Assembly: GCA_028867335.1 (NCBI GenBank) | Contig: JAGWGN010000003.1 | Span: 1 to 62,553, forward strand | Reading direction: 5' to 3' | Length of the DNA: 62,553 nucleotides | Origin: Candidatus Micrarchaeota archaeon | GTDB taxonomy: Archaea; Micrarchaeota; Micrarchaeia; Micrarchaeales; CABMGC01 | Part shown: piece by piece, positions 34,102 to 44,007 of the stretch | Numbering within the stretch: the stretch's first letter is position 1 | Layout: each line of letters starts with the position of its first letter | Translations under genes and position numbers: made by a program | Notes under the pieces: generated by a model | The model's database searches: none | Seen by the model: the letters and a program-made list of their open reading frames with translations, nothing else | What the model was told of the DNA's origin: nothing

Positions 34102-35724
34102 TCATTGTTCCTCGAGCAGGTGGTCAAGATTCCTGCTATCCAGCCCCCCTATTGCATCGTTTACCTTGAAGGCGAGCACTAGCGCGACCACCACCAACGT
34201 GAGTATGTCGAAGAGGGTTGCAATCTCCCCGAAGAACGGTATTTGGAGCGAAAGTGCGGTTGGCAAAAGCACAAGGCCGTTCTCCAAGATTAGGAAGCCC
34301 ATTGCCTGCAAAAGCACGTGCGTTTTCGTTGCGATTATCAGCCCTCCAATCAGAATGATCGAAAATGCTACAGGCAAGAGTGGGTTGTGCACGCCGAGCA
34401 CCGCGGTTATCGAGTAGGAGAGTACTATTAAAAATCCGGAGAGTATCAGGCTCTTGGATACGCTTAGTGGTGAACCAAGGAATATTGGATCGACGTTCAG
34501 TATGTTCTTTGAGTCCTTCTGCAATGTGCTGAAAGCACGGACTAGCAGCAGTGGCAGTATGATGACCTTGAATAGTATCGTGGATCCCAGTCGCCAATAG
34601 GTGCTTGTGTCGCCAACTGTCAATGCAATCGATCCGAAGAGCAGGGCAAGTGCCACGCTCTGGACGATGTATATTTCAAGCCTCCTTTTGAAGGTTGCGC
34701 TGAAGAGGAAGTAGAGGGAGGTAGCAAGCATTATGAAAGGCAGGACCGCCTCAAAGCCGCCTGTCGGCAAATTGTTGAATATCTTGCTTAGGAATGCGAT
34801 GAGGGAGAGGAGCAGTGAGAATGTGAGGAGCTTCGGTATCTCGAAGAGCCTCCACTTCGGGGTTAGGCTCTCAAGCGATGCTGTGAGAACACCAAGCAGA
34901 AGAACAGTCAGTAAAAAGACGGCGGCTGAAAGTAGAGGACTGGAGGATAGTATAGGGAGGCCGAAGGGCAGGAAGAGTATTGCGAACAGGCCGAAGAATA
35001 CGACGGTCTTGGCTGCGTTAGCCCACTCAATCAGCGCAAGCAGCGGACCAGAATAGTCAAGGATCATCGCCTCGTGAACCATGGTGAGTTCCAAGTGGGT
35101 CGCAGGGTTGTCGAAAGGAAGCCTTCCAGTTTCTGCAAGTATTGCGATGAATAGGGCAATTCCTGCAAGCCAAAACGCAGGGGAGACCAGGATTCCGGGC
35201 CAGTTTGCAGCAGTCGTTGAAACCACAGAGGACATGCTCACGTTGCCATTTAGGGTGAATGCTGCGAAGAAAACAATCGCGGCGAAAAGCAGGGGCTCAA
35301 GAAGTATAGAGTATAGCATTTCTCGGCTAGCTCCGATTCCGCCAAATGCGCTTCCTGTGTCAAGGGCCGCAAGCGCGCTCATGAACCTGCCGATTGCAAA
35401 CAGGTATATGAACATGACCAAATCCGCGGCAATCAGGTTGTTTGGAAAGAGTATTGGTAGGACCATGGCGGCTAGGGCGACTGATCCGAAAAATGCTATT
35501 GGTGCCGCTATGAAAACCCAGGAGGAGGTCGAACTAATTACCATGTCCTTCATAAAGAGCTTGAGGATGTCTAGATAGGGCTGGTATATGGGTGCGCCAA
35601 TCCTGCTCTGGAAGCGCGCCTTCACCTTTCTCATCACGCCTACAAGTAGGGGCGCAATCAAAAATATGAATGCGACCTGAAGCACCGAGTTTAACACAGT
35701 ATTGTAATCCATATTAAATATCAA
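34102..35724 (-). CDS. Fused HyfC (NuoH-like) and HyfE-like membrane subunit
   Basis: KARFQSRIG, GASRE, ETGRLPFD..THLELTMVHE, then a HyfE-like C-terminal part (FKVIILP, GFLILENG). Confidence 0.82.
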   Translation of the reverse strand: MIFNMDYNTVLNSVLQVAFIFLIAPLLVGVMRKVKARFQSRIGAPIYQPYLDILKLFMKDMVISSTSSWVFIAAPIAFFGSVALAAMVLPILFPNNLIAADLVMFIYLFAIGRFMSALAALDTGSAFGGIGASREMLYSILLEPLLFAAIVFFAAFTLNGNVSMSSVVSTTAANWPGILVSPAFWLAGIALFIAILAETGRLPFDNPATHLELTMVHEAMILDYSGPLLALIEWANAAKTVVFFGLFAILFLPFGLPILSSSPLLSAAVFLLTVLLLGVLTASLESLTPKWRLFEIPKLLTFSLLLSLIAFLSKIFNNLPTGGFEAVLPFIMLATSLYFLFSATFKRRLEIYIVQSVALALLFGSIALTVGDTSTYWRLGSTILFKVIILPLLLVRAFSTLQKDSKNILNVDPIFLGSPLSVSKSLILSGFLIVLSYSITAVLGVHNPLLPVAFSIILIGGLIIATKTHVLLQAMGFLILENGLVLLPTALSLQIPFFGEIATLFDILTLVVVALVLAFKVNDAIGGLDSRNLDHLLEEQ

Positions 35725-35727
35725 CCA

Positions 35728-37728
35728 TCAGGCAATCAGGGCAAAACTTATCACTGCAATCAAAGTGACCAGCAAGTACAAAAGATAGTGCATCAGCTTT
35801 CCGGTGTGCAGCTTCCTAGACCATGGTGAAATCGTTAGGAAGACCCTTTCCAGTGGGTGGTAGAGCACCGCCTCAAAGAACTGATGGCCATAGGCGTTTC
35901 CCTTTCCGAGAGGGCCTACCGCGAATCCGAACGTCCTGATCACCGGCATCGAGAAGCCTTTGGCGGAGTACTGCATCGAACCATCAGTGTATGGAATTCC
36001 GCAATCCCAGGTTGGAATGGTATCGGGACTTATTGTTTTTGTCTTCTTCTTTAGAATGCGCAGGAAGGCTAGAAGAACTATCGTGATTATCAGTAGTGCG
36101 GCAAAGATCCAGAGCGTTGGAAGCGTGCCCGCCGTGTAGAAAATTGTCGCGGCTCCGGACATCTTGAGCTGCACGAGAATCGGGATGGAGAGTTGAGCAA
36201 TCGTTGTTGGGAAGAGCCCAGTGAATATGCAGGCGACTGCAAGTATTCCCATTGCGGCAAGCATCACATTGGAAGGATCCTTTGCGGACTCCACATTTTT
36301 GCTTCTTGGTGCGCCCAGGAAGGGGATTCCGAATGCCTTCACGAAGGCCGCAACAGCAAGCCCGCTGGTAAGCGCGAGGAAGATAATCGCAAGCGCCGAG
36401 CTAAACGAGATTGCGGCAGATCCGCCCATTCCGCCTAGAAGCGCAGTGAATGTCAGCCACTCGCTAACAAATCCGTTGAGCGGGGGAAGCGCGGCAATTG
36501 AGGCTGCGCCGATGAAGAAGAGAGGCGCGGTGATTGGCATCCTCTTTATCAGCCCGCCGAGCTGATCTATGTTTCCGGTATGGGCCGAACTGATTATAGA
36601 GCCTGCACCGGTGAAAAGAAGGCTCTTGAAGATGGAATGGTTCAGCGTATGGTAAAGCGCGGCGAAAAGCGCAAGGGCGGCGATTATCTCGAGCCCTGCA
36701 GACAAGAAAAGTATGGATGCACCTAAGCCTATTGCTATTATCCCGATATTTTCTATGCTGTGGTAAGCAAGCAGCGTTTTGAGATCGTGCTCCATCAGCG
36801 AATAAAGGACCCCAAGCACCGCAGAGATTACCCCAAGGCCCAGGAGCAGCACTCCCCACCACATCGGAGGTGCCGCAATGCCTACTGCAAGGAATCCGAA
36901 TACGACCCTCACAATCCCGTAGATTGCCGTCTTGAGCATGATACCGGACATGAGAGCGGAGATGTTGCTAGGGGCTTTTGGATGCGCGATTGGAAGCCAG
37001 ATGTGGAAGGGCATTATTCCTGCCTTCACCCCAAAGCCGATCAGGGCAAGCACGAACACAGCATCCTTTGCCACCGAAAGGTAAGTTGCATTTGCAAAGG
37101 CGCTGAAATCAAACGAGCCACCGGCGCCTCCTGCGAGTATCAGGTACATTATTATCAGGCATGCTGTGCCGAAGTGGGTCATCAGCAAATAGATGAATCC
37201 GGCGTTCTTGGAAGGCTCCTCCTTGTGCTCGAATGAGACAAGGTAGTAGGAGGATAGTGCCATCAGTTCCCAGAACACCAGAAAGACGAACGCGTTTTGG
37301 GCCGTGACCACGGCGGCCATTGAGAGAAGGAAGAAATTGAATAGGAATGCAAATTTTGCGGTGCTATAGCCTTTCTTTTTGTACTCGTCAATGTACCCTA
37401 ATGAATAGAGCGAGATGGATATACCGCCAAAGCCGATGAGCGCGGCGAAAAATCCCGATAGCGCATCAATCCCGAATCCAAGGTTCCCTAGAGGTGGGAT
37501 TGTGGCTAGCACTACAGGAGCAATCTGCATTCCAAAAAGCGCAAGAACCCCTGCGATTAGAAGGGTAAAGCTCGCGAGTAGCGAGAATCCCAGGCTTACC
37601 TTTTTGCACAGGCTGCTTTGCCTCCAAAACAAAATCGCGGATGCCAGGCCAAACGTAAACAGCAGTATTGATACTAGTAAGAGATTAGAAATAAGTCCTC
37701 CGACCGTGGTTATTGCATATATTGGCAT
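35728..37728 (-). CDS. HyfB-like proton-translocating membrane subunit
   Basis: FWELMALSS, KAGIMPFHIWLP.AHP, LLAYHSIENIG, PPLNGFVSEW, WDCG. Confidence 0.9.
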   Translation of the reverse strand: MPIYAITTVGGLISNLLLVSILLFTFGLASAILFWRQSSLCKKVSLGFSLLASFTLLIAGVLALFGMQIAPVVLATIPPLGNLGFGIDALSGFFAALIGFGGISISLYSLGYIDEYKKKGYSTAKFAFLFNFFLLSMAAVVTAQNAFVFLVFWELMALSSYYLVSFEHKEEPSKNAGFIYLLMTHFGTACLIIMYLILAGGAGGSFDFSAFANATYLSVAKDAVFVLALIGFGVKAGIMPFHIWLPIAHPKAPSNISALMSGIMLKTAIYGIVRVVFGFLAVGIAAPPMWWGVLLLGLGVISAVLGVLYSLMEHDLKTLLAYHSIENIGIIAIGLGASILFLSAGLEIIAALALFAALYHTLNHSIFKSLLFTGAGSIISSAHTGNIDQLGGLIKRMPITAPLFFIGAASIAALPPLNGFVSEWLTFTALLGGMGGSAAISFSSALAIIFLALTSGLAVAAFVKAFGIPFLGAPRSKNVESAKDPSNVMLAAMGILAVACIFTGLFPTTIAQLSIPILVQLKMSGAATIFYTAGTLPTLWIFAALLIITIVLLAFLRILKKKTKTISPDTIPTWDCGIPYTDGSMQYSAKGFSMPVIRTFGFAVGPLGKGNAYGHQFFEAVLYHPLERVFLTISPWSRKLHTGKLMHYLLYLLVTLIAVISFALIA

Positions 37729-37881
37729 GCTGCTTCCTCAGGTGCGCATAATTAAACTGCTGGACAATTACGAAATAGGTCTATGGGTATTGGCCACAAA
37801 CAATTCGATATTCTTCATTCTTCGTATATGTTTAAATATGCTTATGCGCCGGTCTGCTACAATGGGAAATAAGAAATGGCG

Positions 37882-38781
37882 CTAGTACATAGCTTCCAGC
37901 TTCTTTATCCTCTCCTCGATTGGAGGATGTGTTGAGAACAGGTTAGCGAAGCTCTCTGGTTTGAAGGGGTTTGCGAAGTAGAGGTTTGCGGTTATCTCGT
38001 TAACATTCTGCATCTGGGGGGTGTTCGGGTTCCTCTCGTAGTCGCGGATCTTCTTGAGCGCATTTGCAAGAGAGTGTGGGTCCCTTGTAAGTCTTGCGCC
38101 GTTCGCATCGGCCATATACTCCCTTTTCCTTGAGATTGCAAGCCTGATCAGCAGCGCAAAGAAAGGCGCAAGGAGACCTATAACAAATGCGATAAGTAGC
38201 AAAATCCCTCCGTTGCGGTTGTTGTCACCGCCCATCCCCCCGAAGAAGAAGATGTTCCTCATGAATGCTGACACTATTCCTATTGCGCCTGCGAAGACTA
38301 TCGCAATCGTCATGAACTGTACGTCGTTGTCTGCGACATGGGACATCTCGTGTGCAAGCACTCCTGTGAGCTCGTTTCTGCTCATGATCGAAAGAATCCC
38401 TGTTGTGACCGCGATCGATGAGAGCTTCTTGCTCCTTCCCGTTGCAAACGCATTGGGAGTCGGATCCTCGATTATGTAAACCTTGGGCATCGGTATCTGG
38501 GTTGCGGATGCAAGCCCCTCGATTATCCCGTATAGGCCCCTGTATTTTGTCGGATCCGCAAGCTTTGCGCGCGAGACCGCAAGCACGAGCTTGTCTCCGG
38601 TGTAGTAGGTCACAAGTGCGTAGATTATGACAAGTAATATCGCAAGGCCAAACGAGATTGGGCCCCCGCCCAAAAACACAACGAACAGGTAGATGACGGC
38701 AGTGAAGAATGCTGAGAACACGGCCATCAGGAGGAGTGAGTTTATCCTGTTCCTAGCTATTTCGTCGAAGAAACTCGTCAT
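37882..38781 (-). CDS. htpX: Zn-dependent membrane protease HtpX
   Basis: PNAFATG, AHEMSH, SRKREYMAD, STHPP. Confidence 0.92.
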   Translation of the reverse strand: MTSFFDEIARNRINSLLLMAVFSAFFTAVIYLFVVFLGGGPISFGLAILLVIIYALVTYYTGDKLVLAVSRAKLADPTKYRGLYGIIEGLASATQIPMPKVYIIEDPTPNAFATGRSKKLSSIAVTTGILSIMSRNELTGVLAHEMSHVADNDVQFMTIAIVFAGAIGIVSAFMRNIFFFGGMGGDNNRNGGILLLIAFVIGLLAPFFALLIRLAISRKREYMADANGARLTRDPHSLANALKKIRDYERNPNTPQMQNVNEITANLYFANPFKPESFANLFSTHPPIEERIKKLEAMY

Positions 38782-38793
38782 CTGCCCACGTTA

Positions 38794-39408
38794 TTATTTC
38801 CTTGGCCTTTTCGGCCTGGCCTGCTTTGATGGCTTTGCTGGCTGGCTCTCGTCCTCGTCTTCGAAGTCGACCTTTACCGGGGCCTTCTCCCCCTCAGGCG
38901 TCTGGAAGAACTCCTGCCTTCCAAATCCGAAGATTCCTGCGAAGAAGTTTCCAGGGAACTGCTGAATCGCATTGTTGTAGTCAAGAACGTAGTCGTTGTA
39001 TGAGGTCCTCACAAACGAGATTTTATCCTCGGTGGTCTCAAGCTGGTCCTGCAGCTCCTTGAAGTTTGCAGAGGCTTTGAGGTCAGGGTAGCTCTCCGCT
39101 ACGGCGAAGATGCTCTTGAGCGCCTTTGTGAGCTGGTCGTTTGCCTTGAGCCTATCATCGGTTGATCCGGTGATTATCGAGCTCCTTAGCCTTGTGACCT
39201 GTGTGAGCACGCTCTTCTCGTACTTCTTGTAGCCCTTGACTGTCGCAACAAGGTTTGGAATGAGATCGTATCTCCTCTTTAGCTGGACGTCTATCTGTGC
39301 CCATGCATCCTGAACCCTGTTGCGCTTTGAGATAAAGCCGTTGTAAGTCAGGACTATGATTGCTACAATCACTACCACTATTCCCCCGATTATCCATAGG
39401 ATGTCCAT
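38794..39408 (-). CDS. lemA: LemA family protein
   Basis: IDVQLKRRYDLIPNLV, AESYPDLKAS. Confidence 0.92.
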   Translation of the reverse strand: MDILWIIGGIVVVIVAIIVLTYNGFISKRNRVQDAWAQIDVQLKRRYDLIPNLVATVKGYKKYEKSVLTQVTRLRSSIITGSTDDRLKANDQLTKALKSIFAVAESYPDLKASANFKELQDQLETTEDKISFVRTSYNDYVLDYNNAIQQFPGNFFAGIFGFGRQEFFQTPEGEKAPVKVDFEDEDESQPAKPSKQARPKRPRK

Positions 39409-39471
39409 TATATCACACTAATTACGCGTTATAGGAATTTAGCACTTGCGCTATCTTGCGGATTTAGTAGA

Positions 39472-40113
39472 TTATTCACTGCCCAGGCTCTGCCAAGCCC
39501 GCATTACATCCTTATGGACGTCATTAGGGGACTGATTCCCATCTATCCTGCACCAGATGGTCTCATATTTCTTGGAAAGTTGTCTGTATGCGCCCTCCTG
39601 GGCCTCAAGGCTCTCGACTTTGTCGTACTGCCTCTTCTCATCGCCTCGGCTGTTTATCCTTTCAAAAGCGACCTTTGGAGACACATCGATGAAGAAAACA
39701 ATTTGTGGAAGCGGCAGCTTGCTGTGGACCTCTGAAATCCATCCCAAGTCCGAATAAGGCTTAGGCGCAAAAGCCGCAACATGCACCGCGGTGGAGAACC
39801 AATTTCTGTCGCTTATTATTGTGTGCCCCGCCTCCATTTTTGGTATCGTGAATCGAATAAAACGTTCGTATCTTTCGGCAACGAAGAGGAGCTGCATGCC
39901 CATTATGCCAAGGGGGTCACTCTTTTCTAGAAGCTCGCTTTTTATCATCTTCCCGAGCTTGCTTTCGTAGTCCGGTTCTTTGGCAAGTATGCATTTAGGG
40001 TTCTCCTTCCTGAGCACCTCGTAAAATAGCTTTACCTGAGTGCTCTTTCCTGAGCCTTCTAGACCCTCAAATACGATATAGTTTATAGGTCTTGTTTTTG
40101 TGGAAGCCTCCAA
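39472..40113 (-). CDS. tmk: Thymidylate kinase
   Basis: FEGLEGSGKST, KEP, SDR. Confidence 0.88.
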   Translation of the reverse strand: MEASTKTRPINYIVFEGLEGSGKSTQVKLFYEVLRKENPKCILAKEPDYESKLGKMIKSELLEKSDPLGIMGMQLLFVAERYERFIRFTIPKMEAGHTIISDRNWFSTAVHVAAFAPKPYSDLGWISEVHSKLPLPQIVFFIDVSPKVAFERINSRGDEKRQYDKVESLEAQEGAYRQLSKKYETIWCRIDGNQSPNDVHKDVMRAWQSLGSE

Positions 40114-40218
40114 GATAGCACCGGTAAATGATATTTGATTTAGCTGAATATAAACCTTCTCTAAGATTCGTAGAAAACCATTTATGCCTTGATAGCGATA
40201 CTGATATGTTGTGGTTAA

Positions 40219-41568
40219 ATGGGGGAGTTCAAGGTTTTGGAGGGAATAGACCCTAAGCTGGCGGAAGCGATGAAGAGCGAGGTCAGGCGGCAGAGGAACA
40301 CCCTAGAACTCATTCCTTCGGAGAACTTCGCGAGCATAAACGTGATACGCGCGCTTGGCTCTGTCTTGACAAACAAGTACTCCGAAGGGTACCCTGGAAA
40401 GAGGTACTACGGAGGGAATGAGTTCGTCGACGTTGTTGAGAACCTCGCGATCGACAGGGCGAAGGCGCTCTTCAAGGTTCCGCATGTAAATGTTCAGCCA
40501 TACTCCGGATCGCCTGCGAACTTCGCTGTGTACGCGGCGCTCTGCAAGCCAGGAGACACGATAATGGGGCTCAACCTTCAGGACGGCGGGCACCTCACAC
40601 ATGGATTCAGCGCAAGCGTCACGGGAAAATTCTTCAACAGCGTGGCATACCACGTAAAGCCCGACGGATACATCGACATCGATGAGGTCAGGCGGCTCGC
40701 GGTCGAGAACAAGCCAAAGCTTATCTGGATCGGTGCCACAGCGTATGCAAGAGCGCTCCCATTCGCAGAATTCGCAAAGATTGCTGATGAGGTTGGGGCG
40801 TACCTTGTTTCAGACATCGCGCACATTGCTGGCCTTGTTGCCGGTGGTGCGCATGAGAGCCCTGTAGACTATGTTCACATTGTAACCACAACCACCCACA
40901 AGACGCTGCGCGGACCAAGAGGCGCGATGATAATGGTGACTGAGAAAGGACTAAAGAAAAATCCTGATCTCGGAAACCTGATAGACAAGACCGTTTTCCC
41001 AGGCCTTCAGGGAGGACCGCATGACAACACTACTGCAGCACTCGCACTCGCGCTGCTTGAGGCATCGCAACCGCAGTTCAAAGAGTATGCAAAGCAGATA
41101 GTGAAAAATGCAAAAGCGCTCGGGGAGGAACTCTCGAAGAGGGGATTGACCCTTGTTACTGGGGGAACGGACAACCATCTGATACTAATTGATCTCTCAA
41201 AGAGATACGGGCCTGGAACAGGCGCGTTTGCACAGGACGCACTTGACCTTGCGGGGATAGTGTGCAACAAGAACACAGTTCCTGCGGAGCCTGCAAGCCC
41301 GTTCTATCCGAGCGGGATAAGGATTGGGACCCCTGCGATAACCTCGAGGGGGATGAAGGAGGAGGAGATGGGGCTGATTGCCGAATATATTTTCGAGGCG
41401 GTGGAGCTGATTGAGGGACATGAGATGCCGACCGACAAGGAGAAGAGGGCGCAGGCAATACAAACGTTCAAGGAAGAGATGAAAAACAGCCCAAAGATCA
41501 AGGAGATAGCCGCAAAGGTCCTTGAGCTGTGCGGCAGATTCCCTCTTTACCCGGAAATAGAATTATAA
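40219..41568 (+). CDS. glyA: Serine hydroxymethyltransferase
   Basis: LIPSEN, YSEGYPGKRYYGG, GGHLTHG, TTTHKTLRGPRG. Confidence 0.95.
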   Translation: MGEFKVLEGIDPKLAEAMKSEVRRQRNTLELIPSENFASINVIRALGSVLTNKYSEGYPGKRYYGGNEFVDVVENLAIDRAKALFKVPHVNVQPYSGSPANFAVYAALCKPGDTIMGLNLQDGGHLTHGFSASVTGKFFNSVAYHVKPDGYIDIDEVRRLAVENKPKLIWIGATAYARALPFAEFAKIADEVGAYLVSDIAHIAGLVAGGAHESPVDYVHIVTTTTHKTLRGPRGAMIMVTEKGLKKNPDLGNLIDKTVFPGLQGGPHDNTTAALALALLEASQPQFKEYAKQIVKNAKALGEELSKRGLTLVTGGTDNHLILIDLSKRYGPGTGAFAQDALDLAGIVCNKNTVPAEPASPFYPSGIRIGTPAITSRGMKEEEMGLIAEYIFEAVELIEGHEMPTDKEKRAQAIQTFKEEMKNSPKIKEIAAKVLELCGRFPLYPEIEL

Positions 41569-43275
41569 TTTTGGCATCTGACTCTTTTTTACCGCCATCC
41601 TTATTTCTGAATCAAGTCTCCCAAGAGTCTTCTCGCTCATGTCAAGGTAGGTCATCGGATCGGTTACAGTTGGGTGGACCGCCTTTACCTTCATTGCCAT
41701 GTCCTGCACGAGCCTCCTGTAGTCAGGGTGGCCCTGATGCGTTGATCGCAGCTCGCAGAGATGGTAGAGCTGCCGAGCGTTTAGCTTGTAGTACCATCTT
41801 ATGTTGAACCCGAAGGTGACGACGTACTGTGCCTGGTACGGGTGGGTTGGGAGCAGCTTGTTGTATATGTCCACGACGCCTGCCATCTTGCTTTCGTAAT
41901 CATCGGCTATTCCTATCGCCCTGTAAGCCTCCCTGGTGTCGTATCCGAGCTCGACGCCGAAGTTCTGCCTCTCCTGTGTTCCGATCCTGTGCCTTTGGAT
42001 GTCGCGGTATATGCCGATCCTTCCCTTGAGGTCAAATGTGTAGTCAAGATTTTCAAATGCCCTTCCCGGCTTGTGCCTCCTGTTTGTTCTCTTGCCGACA
42101 TATGTGTTGATCAGGCTCTTTCGATCCTGTGCACTCATAGTTTTTGCCTGCTCTCTCGCCTGCTTGATGCTCATGCCCCTCGAAAACTTGTAGATTATGG
42201 CTGAAGCGAGAATTATCTGCGCGCTTTCGTCAGGATTTGAGGAATCCTCCCCCGCGTACTCGCTCAGGGAGACTGTCTCCTCCTTTGAAACGATTCCCTT
42301 CGCCATCTGCGAGACCGCCTCGAAGGTGTTCGCTGAACGGGTCCTGTAGAAGTTCTGCATCGATGTTCCGTGATCGTCATGCACCCTCTTCACCAGCGAC
42401 GGGACGAGCTTCTTGAGCTCCCCTGAAAGCCTCTGCGCTATCCACCTCGACTCTGCAAGCGGAGATGAGAGCATCTTGTTTAGCATGTTTTCGTACGACC
42501 TTGCATCCATGCTCGCACCGACGTGCGTGAGCGTTGACATTGGGAGGTAATCGCGCAGGAAATCAAGCGCGTTTGCCTTGATTGCGTTTTCGTAGGACTT
42601 GCGAAGGTCCATCTCGGTTATCCCTGACTCCTCCTCGAGCTGCCCTGTGAACTCGGTGACCTTCACCACCTTGCTTCCAATTCTAAACCCTATGTCATCA
42701 ATCTTGTTTGTGTCGCTGATGTATTTCATCATCGGCTCCATATGCCTTGAGTAGGAATCGAAGAGCCCGTTCATGAGTAAGATGTATTCGTCAGCATACC
42801 TTGACCCCATTATGTCAGGCTCCTTGTAGAACATGTACTCCCCGTTTGGGAGCTTCTTGTCAAATGCGACGTATCTCGTTGATTTTTCGATGTAGGAGCC
42901 AAGCCTGCAGTCCTCTATGTCCTTCACCGCGACGTTCGAGACGTATTCGCAGGATGTCGGAAGGCCCCCGACCATCTCCTGAATGGAGTCATCCCCATAG
43001 TCAACCAGCCACGCGTCAAAGAACTCCCTTCCCCTAGCCTTGTTGGGATAGAACTCCTTGAGGTAGAGCCTTCTGCTTGTGAGTGCCGTCCTTGAGTACC
43101 TTGAAAGGAGCGCCCCTGCCTGCTCGGGGGTGAAATCTTCAGATATTCGCCATGCGAAGATGTTGCTGTCTAGGTTGGTAACATTGCTGCCGAGGAGCTC
43201 CGCCTCCTCTTCGCTGAACTGTTCTACAGCGACGCCCTTGTCGCCCTCATTGAATGAGAGCATATAATCAGACAT
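41563..43275 (-). CDS. thyX: Flavin-dependent thymidylate synthase, tandem-domain form
   Basis: YGDDSI, EKSTRY, DIQRHR, ELRS..GHPDYR; 570 aa. Confidence 0.85.
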   Translation of the reverse strand: MSDYMLSFNEGDKGVAVEQFSEEEAELLGSNVTNLDSNIFAWRISEDFTPEQAGALLSRYSRTALTSRRLYLKEFYPNKARGREFFDAWLVDYGDDSIQEMVGGLPTSCEYVSNVAVKDIEDCRLGSYIEKSTRYVAFDKKLPNGEYMFYKEPDIMGSRYADEYILLMNGLFDSYSRHMEPMMKYISDTNKIDDIGFRIGSKVVKVTEFTGQLEEESGITEMDLRKSYENAIKANALDFLRDYLPMSTLTHVGASMDARSYENMLNKMLSSPLAESRWIAQRLSGELKKLVPSLVKRVHDDHGTSMQNFYRTRSANTFEAVSQMAKGIVSKEETVSLSEYAGEDSSNPDESAQIILASAIIYKFSRGMSIKQAREQAKTMSAQDRKSLINTYVGKRTNRRHKPGRAFENLDYTFDLKGRIGIYRDIQRHRIGTQERQNFGVELGYDTREAYRAIGIADDYESKMAGVVDIYNKLLPTHPYQAQYVVTFGFNIRWYYKLNARQLYHLCELRSTHQGHPDYRRLVQDMAMKVKAVHPTVTDPMTYLDMSEKTLGRLDSEIRMAVKKSQMPKL

Positions 43276-43391
43276 CTAACCCCCAAAGGAGCTATGGGGG
43301 GTTAAAGGATTTAAGGGTATTGCCGCGCGCCTGAAACAAAATCACAGGATGTTATATAAATACTGAAACTGACAGTTGGATTGGGAAAGAA

Positions 43392-43997
43392 ATGAGATCG
43401 GAGCAGGAAGAAAGAGTGGCCCTTTTTGACATGGACGGGACCCTTGTCGATTACATCGGCCAACTCAGCAAAGACCTGGGAAAGTTAGGTGCCCCTGGTG
43501 AGCCAGAGATAACCGATGACCTAGACGATCTGCCATATCATATGCAAAACAGGGCGGATGTTATACGCTCCTCGGCAGATTGGTGGAGGACTTTGCCTAG
43601 GCTTGAACTGGGCTGGGACATTTTGAATGCTGCCAGGGAGCTGGATTATAGAATAATGATACTGACGCAGGGGCCTCGCAGGAATGCAGCGGCATGGACA
43701 GGCAAGAAACTATGGATAGACGAGAATCTTGGGCCCGATGTGGATGTGACAATTACAAGGGACAAGGGGCTTGTTTACGGCAAGGTGCTGGTAGATGATT
43801 TCCCAAAGTACGTGGAGCGGTGGCTTAAGTGGAGGAAGAACGGGCTTGTGATAATGCCGGCAAGGGAGATCAACAGAAATTTCACGCACCCGCAAGTTGT
43901 CAAATACGACGGCACAAACATGGATGAGGTTAGGGATGCGCTCAGGGAGAGGCTTAAATCCGCATTCAGAAAAGATTCGAGGGTCAAAGTAAAGTAG
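43392..43997 (+). CDS. 5'(3')-deoxyribonucleotidase-like HAD protein
   Basis: FDMDGTL, K..WI, DKGLVYGKVLVDD. Confidence 0.75.
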   Translation: MRSEQEERVALFDMDGTLVDYIGQLSKDLGKLGAPGEPEITDDLDDLPYHMQNRADVIRSSADWWRTLPRLELGWDILNAARELDYRIMILTQGPRRNAAAWTGKKLWIDENLGPDVDVTITRDKGLVYGKVLVDDFPKYVERWLKWRKNGLVIMPAREINRNFTHPQVVKYDGTNMDEVRDALRERLKSAFRKDSRVKVK

Positions 43998-44007
43998 TGA
44001 GAGGGGA

